Shown: positions 9,019 through 17,995 of the stretch, one piece after another | Layout of the letters: each line of letters opens with the position of its first letter | Position numbering within the stretch: the stretch's first letter is position 1 | Virus record (IMG/VR): IMGVR_UViG_3300032323_002905 | Span: 1 to 64,000 of that record | From: a virus | DNA: 64,000 nt | Direction: 5' to 3' (one strand) | Made by a program: the position numbers and the translations under genes | The notes under the pieces: generated by a model | What the model saw: the letters and a program-made list of their open reading frames with translations, nothing else | Told to the model about the DNA's origin: nothing | The model's database searches: none

Positions 9019-10059
9019 TTATTTGTAACTATTTAATATATTAAAATTGTTAGGTAACCAATGTTCTACATTTTTAATTGTAAAACCCATTCCATCCTCA
9101 TGGTATAATTTTAAGAAATCACCTGCTCTTAATTCTGGTGCTTCTTCTAATATTAGTTCTTCTAAGAACTGTTTCTCACTATCGTCTATAATTGGTTTAG
9201 CTAGATTCATAATTTTGAAACAATTTCGTATTGAATCTTCTTCAAATACTATTCTAGAATAGATAATATGTTCCTTATATTTCTCAGCACTAATTCTAAA
9301 AATATCATCTAATGTTAATATTTCAGTTTGTAATTCAGGAAATAATTTAAATATTTTTCCTTTACCTAAACCTTTAACACCAGGTACTTTATCTGAATTA
9401 TCTCCTAATAGTGTTTTATATAAGATAAAATTTTCAGGCGGAATGCCAAACTTGCTCTTTACAGTTTTACTATCATAGAAATCTTTTTCAATCGGAGAAT
9501 AAATAATAATATTTTTATTTACTAATTGTAAAAAATCTTTATCTGAGGATACTATATAAACTTTAGAATCGTAAGTTGAAGCTAAATGAGTACTTAAATG
9601 AGCTATTAAGTCGTCTGCTTCTGCTTTATCTATAGCTACTGTTTTAACAGGTAAACATTTTAGATAATGAATTAAACGAGCAATTTGATTATACTTAGAA
9701 ATATTTTCATCTTCTAAATCATCAAATGTATCCCAATTAGTAACTCGTGTTTGATGTCTTCCTGATTTGTATTCAGGTAATAAGTTCTTCCTATTATTGG
9801 AAGAACCTATACCGTCGAATACTAGATATACAGATGTTGGTTGAATATTGTTAATCAGAAATCCTAATGATCTTAAGAATCCACCTAAACCTCCTATATG
9901 CACTCCATCTGAATTAATATAATTTAATACAGCAAAGTTTCTTAGAAATAAATTTAATCCATCTACTAGAACTACTCTAGAGTGTTTATTTGAGGTAGGT
10001 TCGTCCTTTACTTCTTGAGTTACGTTGTCAAGAAGTTTAAATAATTCATCTGTATTCAT
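9019..10059 (-). CDS. 5'-3' exonuclease / flap endonuclease (T4 RNase H or PolA N-terminal type)
   Basis: LVDGLN, VFDG, EYKSGR, EADD, SSDKDFLQL, GDNSDKVPGVKGLG (H3TH). Confidence 0.92.
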   Translation of the reverse strand: MNTDELFKLLDNVTQEVKDEPTSNKHSRVVLVDGLNLFLRNFAVLNYINSDGVHIGGLGGFLRSLGFLINNIQPTSVYLVFDGIGSSNNRKNLLPEYKSGRHQTRVTNWDTFDDLEDENISKYNQIARLIHYLKCLPVKTVAIDKAEADDLIAHLSTHLASTYDSKVYIVSSDKDFLQLVNKNIIIYSPIEKDFYDSKTVKSKFGIPPENFILYKTLLGDNSDKVPGVKGLGKGKIFKLFPELQTEILTLDDIFRISAEKYKEHIIYSRIVFEEDSIRNCFKIMNLAKPIIDDSEKQFLEELILEEAPELRAGDFLKLYHEDGMGFTIKNVEHWLPNNFNILNSYK

Positions 10060-10062
10060 TTT

Positions 10063-11139
10063 TTATTCTGGTTCTTGTGAAAATACATCAGTCCCTTCAA
10101 ATCCCTCTTCTTCTTCAAAGACATCAAAATCTAAACTGCCTAAGATTTTCATCCATTCTTTCGCGTGAGCGTCTTTATAAGATTTTAATTCTTTTTCAGT
10201 ATCGTTAATGAATCCATGAGGTGTCATAATGATTTTACCTCGAGATTGAACTCCGTTAATGTGATTTTTATCAATTTGAATATTTGTACGTTTAGCAAAT
10301 TCTACTTGCTTACCATCCTTAATTGCTTTAATTTTAGATGTTCCAGCATTTGAAATATTACCAAATGTTACTACAAACGTAGCGTCAAACCACATTGCAA
10401 ATCCACCTTTATTCATTAGTTTTGGTTGACCCATAGGCATTTCAGGCTTAGCCGTCCATACTTTATTGATACAAACTAATGTATTAGTGTATTTTGAACT
10501 TTCTTTTCTCGATAATGTGATTTTTTGGTTAACACTATTTCCAAATTGAGTTGACATTGCGCCTGCGTTCCACTCATTATTATTTTTATTTGAACGAACT
10601 GATAATTCACATGGTATAGAACCAATTGAATCCCATAAGAATAATAAATCATATGGTAAATTACCTTTTTTCTGTTCATCTAATAAATCTAAAATAAATG
10701 CTGCTACGTCTTCAATTGTATGTAACGTTTCTCTATCTACGTAAATAAAATTACCTTCATAATTTAATACCTCGCCTGTTGATTCGTCTACAATTGTTTT
10801 AACATCTAATCCCATCTGAATTGCATGTTCCCAATTCCACTTCATCTCAGTAATAATGAATACAGGTAATACTTTCTGTTTTTGAGCAGCTACTGCTGCT
10901 TCAATTAACGCTGTTGTTTTACCTGTATCACTATGACCTCTTAGTAGGACTATATGACCCTGAGGAATCCCAGGAACCGAAGTTACATCTTGAAATGCTT
11001 TAGATAATGGTATCCATTTTTGATCTTTGAATTTCACATTTGAACTTAATAATTTCTTTTCTTTAAATTTATTTAAGTCAAAGCTACCTCTCAATTCAGC
11101 AGATACCGCTGCTGCTAGTGATGTGTCTTTTTTAGCCAT
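10063..11139 (-). CDS. uvsX: RecA/UvsX-like recombinase
   Basis: Walker A GHSDTGKT, Walker B FLWDSIG, INKV, KGG, IDKNH. Confidence 0.88.
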   Translation of the reverse strand: MAKKDTSLAAAVSAELRGSFDLNKFKEKKLLSSNVKFKDQKWIPLSKAFQDVTSVPGIPQGHIVLLRGHSDTGKTTALIEAAVAAQKQKVLPVFIITEMKWNWEHAIQMGLDVKTIVDESTGEVLNYEGNFIYVDRETLHTIEDVAAFILDLLDEQKKGNLPYDLLFLWDSIGSIPCELSVRSNKNNNEWNAGAMSTQFGNSVNQKITLSRKESSKYTNTLVCINKVWTAKPEMPMGQPKLMNKGGFAMWFDATFVVTFGNISNAGTSKIKAIKDGKQVEFAKRTNIQIDKNHINGVQSRGKIIMTPHGFINDTEKELKSYKDAHAKEWMKILGSLDFDVFEEEEGFEGTDVFSQEPE

Positions 11140-11151
11140 TTTGTTTAATTA

Positions 11152-11976
11152 TTAGTCTTCGTCATCAAATAGTGCGTCAAATTTACTTGCTTTAGGAGCT
11201 GGTTTAGCTGTTAAAGTGTAATTTGGTGTTTTAGTAGTTGTTTCCCAAGGTAAGTCACCTTCTGGTTCTGTAGTAGTACCTTCATCATCAATGATTGAAC
11301 CTTCTTCTGGCTCTTCAGGTGTTAACCACTCTTGTAAAGCTGACTTCATTTCGTCAAATGAATACTTTTTAAACTCTTCTAATGGATTTGGTTGTTCATC
11401 TAACCAATTTTGAATTTGATTCGCATCCTCAGATAATGGAGTAACTTTTGTACGAGCCATAATTGTTGATTTATTATACTGTGTACCAGTTACATCTGGT
11501 CCTACTGTATTAATAATAATGTCTCTACCTTCTGCTACGTCTGTAAAGTCTCCTACGTCCTCGTTATCAGCTAAATTTAAGAAGTCCATATATAACTCCT
11601 TACCAAACTGCCATAACTTAACTCCGTTTGCTTCTTCACCTCTAACAATAACAGGAGCAAAAATTCTCATTTTTGGATCTAATTTCTTAGCTAATCTCCA
11701 ATTTTCTTTGTCATTTGTACTACGTAATTGTTTTGCAAATTCAGCAATTGGATCTTTATCACCCCACGATAGAGGAGAGATCATTACTTTTTTGCCAATA
11801 CCATAGTAGAAATATAATTCTGTGAATGGGTTTTTCTTATTATACTTATTAGGTATAATACGAACGTTTTGTTTTCCGATTGATGGTTTCCAACCTGAAT
11901 TTTTCTTCTCGGTTTTGTTTGAACCGGGTTTAGCTTGTAATTTCGCAAGCTTCGATTTGATTTCTGATAAATCCAT
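11152..11976 (-). CDS. T4 gp32-like single-stranded DNA-binding protein
   Basis: WKP..G...VRIIP, DPI.E, VKLWQFGK, DFTDV.EGRD, acidic C-terminus FDALFDDED; start moved to MDLSEIK (11976) because the longer ORF start lies upstream of the promoter at 12015-12046. Confidence 0.85.
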   Translation of the reverse strand: MDLSEIKSKLAKLQAKPGSNKTEKKNSGWKPSIGKQNVRIIPNKYNKKNPFTELYFYYGIGKKVMISPLSWGDKDPIAEFAKQLRSTNDKENWRLAKKLDPKMRIFAPVIVRGEEANGVKLWQFGKELYMDFLNLADNEDVGDFTDVAEGRDIIINTVGPDVTGTQYNKSTIMARTKVTPLSEDANQIQNWLDEQPNPLEEFKKYSFDEMKSALQEWLTPEEPEEGSIIDDEGTTTEPEGDLPWETTTKTPNYTLTAKPAPKASKFDALFDDED

Positions 11977-12014
11977 AACTGTATATTTGTTTAATTTAAA
12001 ACTATTATTATACT

Positions 12015-12046
12015 CTAATATAATGAACGCATTATACGAGGCCAAA
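12015..12046 (-). promoter_or_regulatory. Bacteroidota-type promoter of SSB-recombinase-helicase operon
   Basis: TTTG-N20-TATATTAG. Confidence 0.6.
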
Positions 12047-12070
12047 CTAAGGCCCAAAAATTGGACCTTA
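12047..12070 (-). terminator. Imperfect hairpin, putative terminator
   Basis: CTAAGG.CCAA / TTGG.CCTTAG inverted repeat downstream of 12117..12473. Confidence 0.45.
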
Positions 12071-12116
12071 GATGATTTTGTTTGATATGTTGGGGTGATT
12101 TATTTTAGATTAAATA

Positions 12117-12473
12117 TTACTTAACTTCTTCTTCTGATGCTACTCCCCATTCTTTTTCTGTTCGATAACCCTTAGCAAATTCACTTAATGATTTTACTAA
12201 ATAAACCTGCCCATCATCTGATACCTGAGCATAATTATATCCTGTGCCATTTTCCTCTGTGTGAAGACCTTCGACACCTAAATATTGATCTAATCTATAA
12301 AGCAATTCGTTTACATTAGAAAAATTTTTAATTTTAAATAATTCAGTTAATCTACCTTGTTTATTTTTTAAAGCAAAAATTCTCATTTTTTCAGCTTCGT
12401 TAATTTGATTTTCAGTAATAATACCCGCTAATTTTTGCATGCGGATAAATTGTTCGTTTAATTGTTTTTTCAT
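12117..12473 (-). CDS. Putative internal head protein with RMQKLAGI leader
   Basis: N-terminus MKKQLNEQFIRMQKLAGIITENQINE matches 60878..61348 and the scaffold C-terminus; own late-type motif at 12494-12502. Confidence 0.75.
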   Translation of the reverse strand: MKKQLNEQFIRMQKLAGIITENQINEAEKMRIFALKNKQGRLTELFKIKNFSNVNELLYRLDQYLGVEGLHTEENGTGYNYAQVSDDGQVYLVKSLSEFAKGYRTEKEWGVASEEEVK

Positions 12474-12501
12474 GTTTAATGTTGTTTTATAATAATAAAT
12501 A

Positions 12502-12966
12502 TTACACTAAGTCTACTATTTTATAAATTTTAGTATTAAGTGTTTTTAACTCGTTATGTTGTGTTAATAAAATACTATTTTTATAATGTTGCCAATCAAT
12601 TCTAAATGATGGATCAACTACACCTCTATTTAATGATTTAATTAATTCATTAAGAGCATTAATTGTATATAATGTATTTGATTCTTTTTTGCGATGTACT
12701 AATATTGTATTTGTTGGTATCGTGTTCACGTTACCTTGGTCAATGTTATAAGTAATAACATACTCACCTGTATTTTGAACATGTAAAACAAAAATCTTGT
12801 TATACATGATATCGTATGTTTTAGAAACCTCGTTTATTAGCCCATCTAATCCCTCTAAAGCTATGAAAGTGCATAGTAACCTATTATTCACGTCGAATGT
12901 ATTAAAAATGTGTTGAAAGTCATAATTTATCGAATTATACATATCGCCGTTTTTATTTAAAGTCAT
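12502..12966 (-). CDS. Hypothetical protein adjacent to DNA polymerase
   Basis: Likely start MTLNK (AGTTATG context) overlapping the pol stop; LLCTF...TILVHRKKESNTLYTINALN. Confidence 0.75.
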   Translation of the reverse strand: MTLNKNGDMYNSINYDFQHIFNTFDVNNRLLCTFIALEGLDGLINEVSKTYDIMYNKIFVLHVQNTGEYVITYNIDQGNVNTIPTNTILVHRKKESNTLYTINALNELIKSLNRGVVDPSFRIDWQHYKNSILLTQHNELKTLNTKIYKIVDLV

Positions 12967-14230
12967 AACTATTTCCTGTATTGGTTTTAATTTGTAATTT
13001 GTATTTTTTAAAAATTTCATTAATTTTAGGTAAAAGGTCATTCTCATTTTTATCAAAATCTAATAAAAACGAATCATAAGTGTAAAGTACAATTTTTGTA
13101 TTTTTACCCCTTAATACCTTATGTATATCCATCAATATATTCATATTGTTAGATGTTTCCATATTTTGTAATATATAATTAAACAACTTGTTTGGATTCA
13201 TATTTTCCAGCTTACTCAACTCATATCTGTATTTAGATATAGGACAATTGTAATATCCTCCGTATTGTAAAGTGTCCCAAGCATCATCTATAAACATTTG
13301 TATTTTCCTAAAATACTCTAGGTGAGCATATTCTTTAAATACTCCTCCGTATAGTTGTTTGAATGTTAATTCCTTAGCTGTTTTATAATCTACACCATAC
13401 ATTTCTGCGAACGAAGCGTGTATGTCTTTGTCTCCAAAATCATATCCAATTAGTTGTGCCGCTAATGTTGGGTGATAAGCCGATATATCCATTTCTACAA
13501 ATATATCATTACTTGGAATAAAACTTGATCGTGTTTCTTTTTTTAGTGCTGCAAAATTAATACCATTATAGGAATTAGCGGGTCTGCGAGTTGTAGTATA
13601 GATATTATATTGCGTGAATATTTTATCATTGTCAATTGAATAGTAGTCATTATTTGTTTCATAGTATGTTTCAAATATTAGTTTATTAAATGTTATACCG
13701 TTTTTTTCAATCCCAAATAAAGCCAAAGTAACTCGGTTATTATAAAAGTCGAACCACTCGGGCAAATGGTGTGGTATTAATGGTTTGATTTGGTTATACA
13801 CGGTTTCACACAGTTCATAGTGTTTTGATACCGGTATTATACGATTGATATCTTGTTTTTGTGGAAATCGTTGATAAAAATGTTGATGTGTAAAAGTGGG
13901 TTGTATATCCGTAGGAGATATTAGTGATATGTCGCAACATGCTTTTATCTGAAAATAGTATAAAAATTGTTTCTTATTGCGTACCCACAATTCTGGAATA
14001 TTTTTTAAAACACTTTCAACATGATTTTTATTTATGTGTAGTGTTTCACTGTGGTTAACACATATTAGATATCCTTTAGTATCATTAAGTGGTCTAATAT
14101 AGACTAGTGATACTTTATTTAAGGCAGGATGAACATTAGAATTAAATGGAATTACTTCAACAAATGCTTTTTGTGTCTTAAGATTGTATAAGACTTTTAG
14201 TTGATCTAATGTTTCAATAATATAATACAT
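12953..14230 (-). CDS. polA: Short family-A DNA polymerase
   Basis: TTTRRPAN..N...L, RSSFIP, motif A EMDISAYHP, motif B KTAKELTFKQLYG, NYILQ..E, motif C YTYDSFLLD. Confidence 0.85.
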   Translation of the reverse strand: MYYIIETLDQLKVLYNLKTQKAFVEVIPFNSNVHPALNKVSLVYIRPLNDTKGYLICVNHSETLHINKNHVESVLKNIPELWVRNKKQFLYYFQIKACCDISLISPTDIQPTFTHQHFYQRFPQKQDINRIIPVSKHYELCETVYNQIKPLIPHHLPEWFDFYNNRVTLALFGIEKNGITFNKLIFETYYETNNDYYSIDNDKIFTQYNIYTTTRRPANSYNGINFAALKKETRSSFIPSNDIFVEMDISAYHPTLAAQLIGYDFGDKDIHASFAEMYGVDYKTAKELTFKQLYGGVFKEYAHLEYFRKIQMFIDDAWDTLQYGGYYNCPISKYRYELSKLENMNPNKLFNYILQNMETSNNMNILMDIHKVLRGKNTKIVLYTYDSFLLDFDKNENDLLPKINEIFKKYKLQIKTNTGNSYDFK

Positions 14231-14245
14231 AACCTATTTTGTACT

Positions 14246-14277
14246 ATAATATACTAAATGAAAATTAGATTGCCAAA
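14246..14277 (-). promoter_or_regulatory. Bacteroidota-type promoter of polymerase gene
   Basis: TTTG-N20-TATATTAT. Confidence 0.6.
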
Positions 14278-14278
14278 C

Positions 14279-14872
14279 TTAAACGTAATACTTTGTAAAG
14301 TCAAATTTTAAGTAAGCGTCAAATTGAGGTAACGATAAATTTTTCATAATTAATAAAACCATGTTACGATTTACTGTCGCTACTTGTTCTTTAACACCTG
14401 TTAAGTTCCAAGATAAGAAAAATGGTTGATATAATGACCAAAGTATAGTTGGAGATTGAGAGGATAATTTATCAAATGTATTTTGATCTGTTTCTAAATA
14501 AATTATTTCATTTGTTTTTTTACAAAAATAACGTCTATATTCTCCTATTTGATAATCTTGTTGAGTTGGAGTATTTGGATTATAAACAGGCTTAAAAATT
14601 TGAGTAGTACTAATAGGTTTTATACTATTATAAATTGGACTACGTAATGTTGTTACTTCGGGTAGTACTATTTGATTATTATCAACTGTAACTGATGTGT
14701 TAGTTAGAATTAATTCTAATACTGGATTATCATTTTGGTTACGTCCTGTAAAATATTGGCCTGTAGAAGTTTTAAAATAATAACCAGCATAAGGTATCCC
14801 TGTGGATTTGATTTGAAATTCTCCTCCATTTGAGTATAAATTAGGTGTTATTTGGGATAATGGATAGTACAT
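14279..14872 (-). CDS. Hypothetical baseplate-region protein
   Basis: 197 aa, last gene of the tail/baseplate operon. Confidence 0.7.
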   Translation of the reverse strand: MYYPLSQITPNLYSNGGEFQIKSTGIPYAGYYFKTSTGQYFTGRNQNDNPVLELILTNTSVTVDNNQIVLPEVTTLRSPIYNSIKPISTTQIFKPVYNPNTPTQQDYQIGEYRRYFCKKTNEIIYLETDQNTFDKLSSQSPTILWSLYQPFFLSWNLTGVKEQVATVNRNMVLLIMKNLSLPQFDAYLKFDFTKYYV

Positions 14873-17697
14873 TAGTTATATTTTCCGTCTATTATTTTTT
14901 GATAAATGTCTAAAGCGTAACCAATTCGACTAGCTTCTTCTTGACCTAAAGCTCTTTCATAATATTGTAACCATACTAATGTAGCTTCTTTTACAGCCGC
15001 TAGCTCATTTCCTGGGGTTGATCTTACCTTAAAAAGTTCTACTCTAGCATTTGTTAAACTTGCATCATATCCTTTACCATCTGCTGTTCTATATAATTTA
15101 CGGTCTGTTAATTCTTTTACAACAAAATCTAGTTGAGTTAATAATGGACCTTTAAATGTAGCTTGCTTTTCTAATTCTAATCTTCTAGGACCTAACCATT
15201 GAGCTATACCAACACCATATCCTATTTTATTAGGATCTAATCCAGATTCTTGAATAAAATTACCTAATATACCTGCTATTTGTTCATTAGTAAATCCTTG
15301 ACGTCTAAAGAACTGAACTGCTATTCTAATATTATCTTGATTAAAGTCTTTTGTTTCTTTAACTAAATTAAGGACAGTGAATAATGGAAATGGTTTATTA
15401 GTTATTTTAGGTAAGGATAAAGATTCAATAGTTGTACTCCACATATTATTTTGAATAGTGTGGTTTATTCCTTTAATTAGGAAACTCATTTCCCTATCAT
15501 AATTTGAAGGTAAATATTTAGTATCAACTGTGAATTCTTGATAAATTTTCATACCTGACATTCCAGTCATTCTTAATGAAACATTAATAGGAATAAATCC
15601 AGTTGATGTAGAAGCAGAACTACTAATTTCAGAAGTTATATTTTGAGCGAAAGTTATAAATGAGTTTAAAGTATTTGAATAACTTTTAAAACTAGTTTCA
15701 TCCCATTGTGGTGGTATAGAGTCATCACTCATATTCATACTAATTAAAAATTGTTTATACTTTTCAACTGAATTTTTATATTGATCAATAACAGAAGAAG
15801 TAGTAGCTATAGTTATAATTTTAGGATCTTCATATGTTTCAATATAACTACTAGTTAAACCAGAATTTATTCTAGATAAAGCTGTAGCATCTTCTCCTAC
15901 TACTTTAGATCTTGCCGCAGCTCCAATAGTAATCATACTAGCAAACTGAGGTGTTAATTCAGTTTTCATTGTCATATCTTTTACAAAACCTGCTGAACCT
16001 GAACCATTTGAACCTGAAGGATTATATCCATATATTTCGAATTTACCCGGTGTTGTACTTATTTGAGTTTTATATATTTTATTAAACTCAGCTATTACTG
16101 AGTCTTTTTTATATAATAAGTTTTGATCTATAAATTTGACAGTATTTGTTTCTTCATCTATAATAGGAACTATATTATTAATACCACCTAAGCAATCACT
16201 AATAGTTTTACCTATTGCTTGGAGAAAATCAATTAATAATACTTTAGACCCTGGTGTTAAACGCAATTCATCTAATTTAGTTTTTATAAATTCATAACTT
16301 AGATAAGTATTCATAAGTTTACCATAAGTACTAACATCATCAATAGATTTTTCAAAGTCAGCACATCTTTTATTTAATATTTGAATATTTTTATCATCAA
16401 ACTTTATTTCTTTTTTAATTAATACATATTGAGGATTTGTACTTACTTGATAATCTAAATAGTTTATTAAATTAGATTCAACATCATAGTCAATTTTAAG
16501 AGCCTTAGCATCATTAATAGTAGGTATAACATCACCTTGGATTATTCTTAAAAACGCTCCAAAGCGAATATAATAAGTAGATATATTATTATTCCAAATA
16601 ACTTTAACTATATCTTGTAAATTACCATCACTTAAATATGTAGTAATACTAAAAACATTACCATCTTTAAGAAAATTATTTTTATTTACTCTATTATCTA
16701 AATCATTTTTTAAAGAATATAATCTAAAATTAATATTACTTTTAAAAGCTTCTGGGTCTATAGGTACATCAGTTGGAGAAGAAGTTATAGTAGCCGTAGC
16801 TCCAGCTCCAAAAGATATTAGTTGTGTATTTGTAGTATCTGTAGTGAATAAATTTTCTGGTAGTGTATTAGTGTCAGTAGGAGCAGATGTTGGTACTATT
16901 AAGCCTGTGTCAGAAGAAAAAACATTTACTTTAAGTGATTCTATAATATCACCTACACTTCTAATTGTTATAATTATATCATAACTTCCATCATTATTAA
17001 AATTCCAACTAAAGTTAACTACTTTACCAAATAAAGCATCATAATTACCAAAACCTTCAAGACGTTTTTTTACAATTAAAGATAACATATTATCTATGTT
17101 ATTTTTTTTACTAAAAAATTCAGTTTCTAAAGATAATGGATTTTTTATTATTGTAGGATTACTATTATTATTAGTATAAATAGTATGACCCCACTCTAAT
17201 AAAACATAAAATCCTAAACGTAAATATAAAGTTTCAATTATTTCAAATTGAGCTCTATCCCAACATTTAATATTAACAGTTGCTGTTTTTAATGAACCTA
17301 TATTTTCAGTTTTAATATTAGCTGTTGTTATACCAGGCATTGGTCTTAAACCAAAATCACCTGCTCCCCAACCATAAGCATAATTATTAAAAGGACTACT
17401 TATTTTTCTATCAGGAATTCCACTTTTTAATCCTTTAACACCACCAAACAATATAGCTTCTTTAGCTAAATCTTGTCCAGTTTTATTTAAAGTAGCTACA
17501 AAGGGACTATTTAATTTTTTTGGATCAGCTATTTCAACAGATGACATTAATTGCACAAATGAAGTAGCTGAAGTAGCATAAGTTATAAATTCAGGAGTTC
17601 TTGGATTATTAGAATTGTACCCAGCCGCAAAAATCTTTTGGCGGGCGTCTATTTGATCTAATATAATTTGATTAAAACCTTCACCTAATATATCCAT
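14872..17697 (-). CDS. Baseplate hub-like protein with C-terminal phage tail lysozyme domain
   Basis: C-terminal AGILGNFIQESGLDP..GIAQW.G.RR...YERA..R (Phage_lysozyme2-like); position in baseplate cluster. Confidence 0.75.
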   Translation of the reverse strand: MDILGEGFNQIILDQIDARQKIFAAGYNSNNPRTPEFITYATSATSFVQLMSSVEIADPKKLNSPFVATLNKTGQDLAKEAILFGGVKGLKSGIPDRKISSPFNNYAYGWGAGDFGLRPMPGITTANIKTENIGSLKTATVNIKCWDRAQFEIIETLYLRLGFYVLLEWGHTIYTNNNSNPTIIKNPLSLETEFFSKKNNIDNMLSLIVKKRLEGFGNYDALFGKVVNFSWNFNNDGSYDIIITIRSVGDIIESLKVNVFSSDTGLIVPTSAPTDTNTLPENLFTTDTTNTQLISFGAGATATITSSPTDVPIDPEAFKSNINFRLYSLKNDLDNRVNKNNFLKDGNVFSITTYLSDGNLQDIVKVIWNNNISTYYIRFGAFLRIIQGDVIPTINDAKALKIDYDVESNLINYLDYQVSTNPQYVLIKKEIKFDDKNIQILNKRCADFEKSIDDVSTYGKLMNTYLSYEFIKTKLDELRLTPGSKVLLIDFLQAIGKTISDCLGGINNIVPIIDEETNTVKFIDQNLLYKKDSVIAEFNKIYKTQISTTPGKFEIYGYNPSGSNGSGSAGFVKDMTMKTELTPQFASMITIGAAARSKVVGEDATALSRINSGLTSSYIETYEDPKIITIATTSSVIDQYKNSVEKYKQFLISMNMSDDSIPPQWDETSFKSYSNTLNSFITFAQNITSEISSSASTSTGFIPINVSLRMTGMSGMKIYQEFTVDTKYLPSNYDREMSFLIKGINHTIQNNMWSTTIESLSLPKITNKPFPLFTVLNLVKETKDFNQDNIRIAVQFFRRQGFTNEQIAGILGNFIQESGLDPNKIGYGVGIAQWLGPRRLELEKQATFKGPLLTQLDFVVKELTDRKLYRTADGKGYDASLTNARVELFKVRSTPGNELAAVKEATLVWLQYYERALGQEEASRIGYALDIYQKIIDGKYN

Positions 17698-17698
17698 A

Positions 17699-17995
17699 TT
17701 AACTATTTATAACATTGTAAGTATTAACTACACTTGCTGGGTTCGCTGGTATCCTTAATTGTATTCCTGACGGTACTAATAAACTACCTAAAGTAATTTG
17801 GGGATTACCTATTGCTATTACCCACCATAAAGAACTATCTTGATAAAAATTTTGTGCTAATACATCAAAACGATCTCCTTGCTGAGTATAAACATATATA
17901 TCATCTGCTGATAATGGAATTTCTGGGTAGCGTACTGTTGTATATACTACCTTTCCATTAATTTTTGTTTGAGGTATTCTAGCGTATCTATTCAT
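17699..17995 (-). CDS. LysM-like baseplate wedge protein (gp53/tail X-like)
   Basis: GDRFDVLAQNFYQDSSLWWVIAIGN...G.QLRIP. Confidence 0.8.
   Translation of the reverse strand: MNRYARIPQTKINGKVVYTTVRYPEIPLSADDIYVYTQQGDRFDVLAQNFYQDSSLWWVIAIGNPQITLGSLLVPSGIQLRIPANPASVVNTYNVINS

Noticed and set aside
11977-12057. N-terminal extension of the SSB ORF (MGLSLASYNAF...)
   Set aside because: Spans the predicted promoter and hairpin; the downstream ATG has the recurrent AGTTATG context
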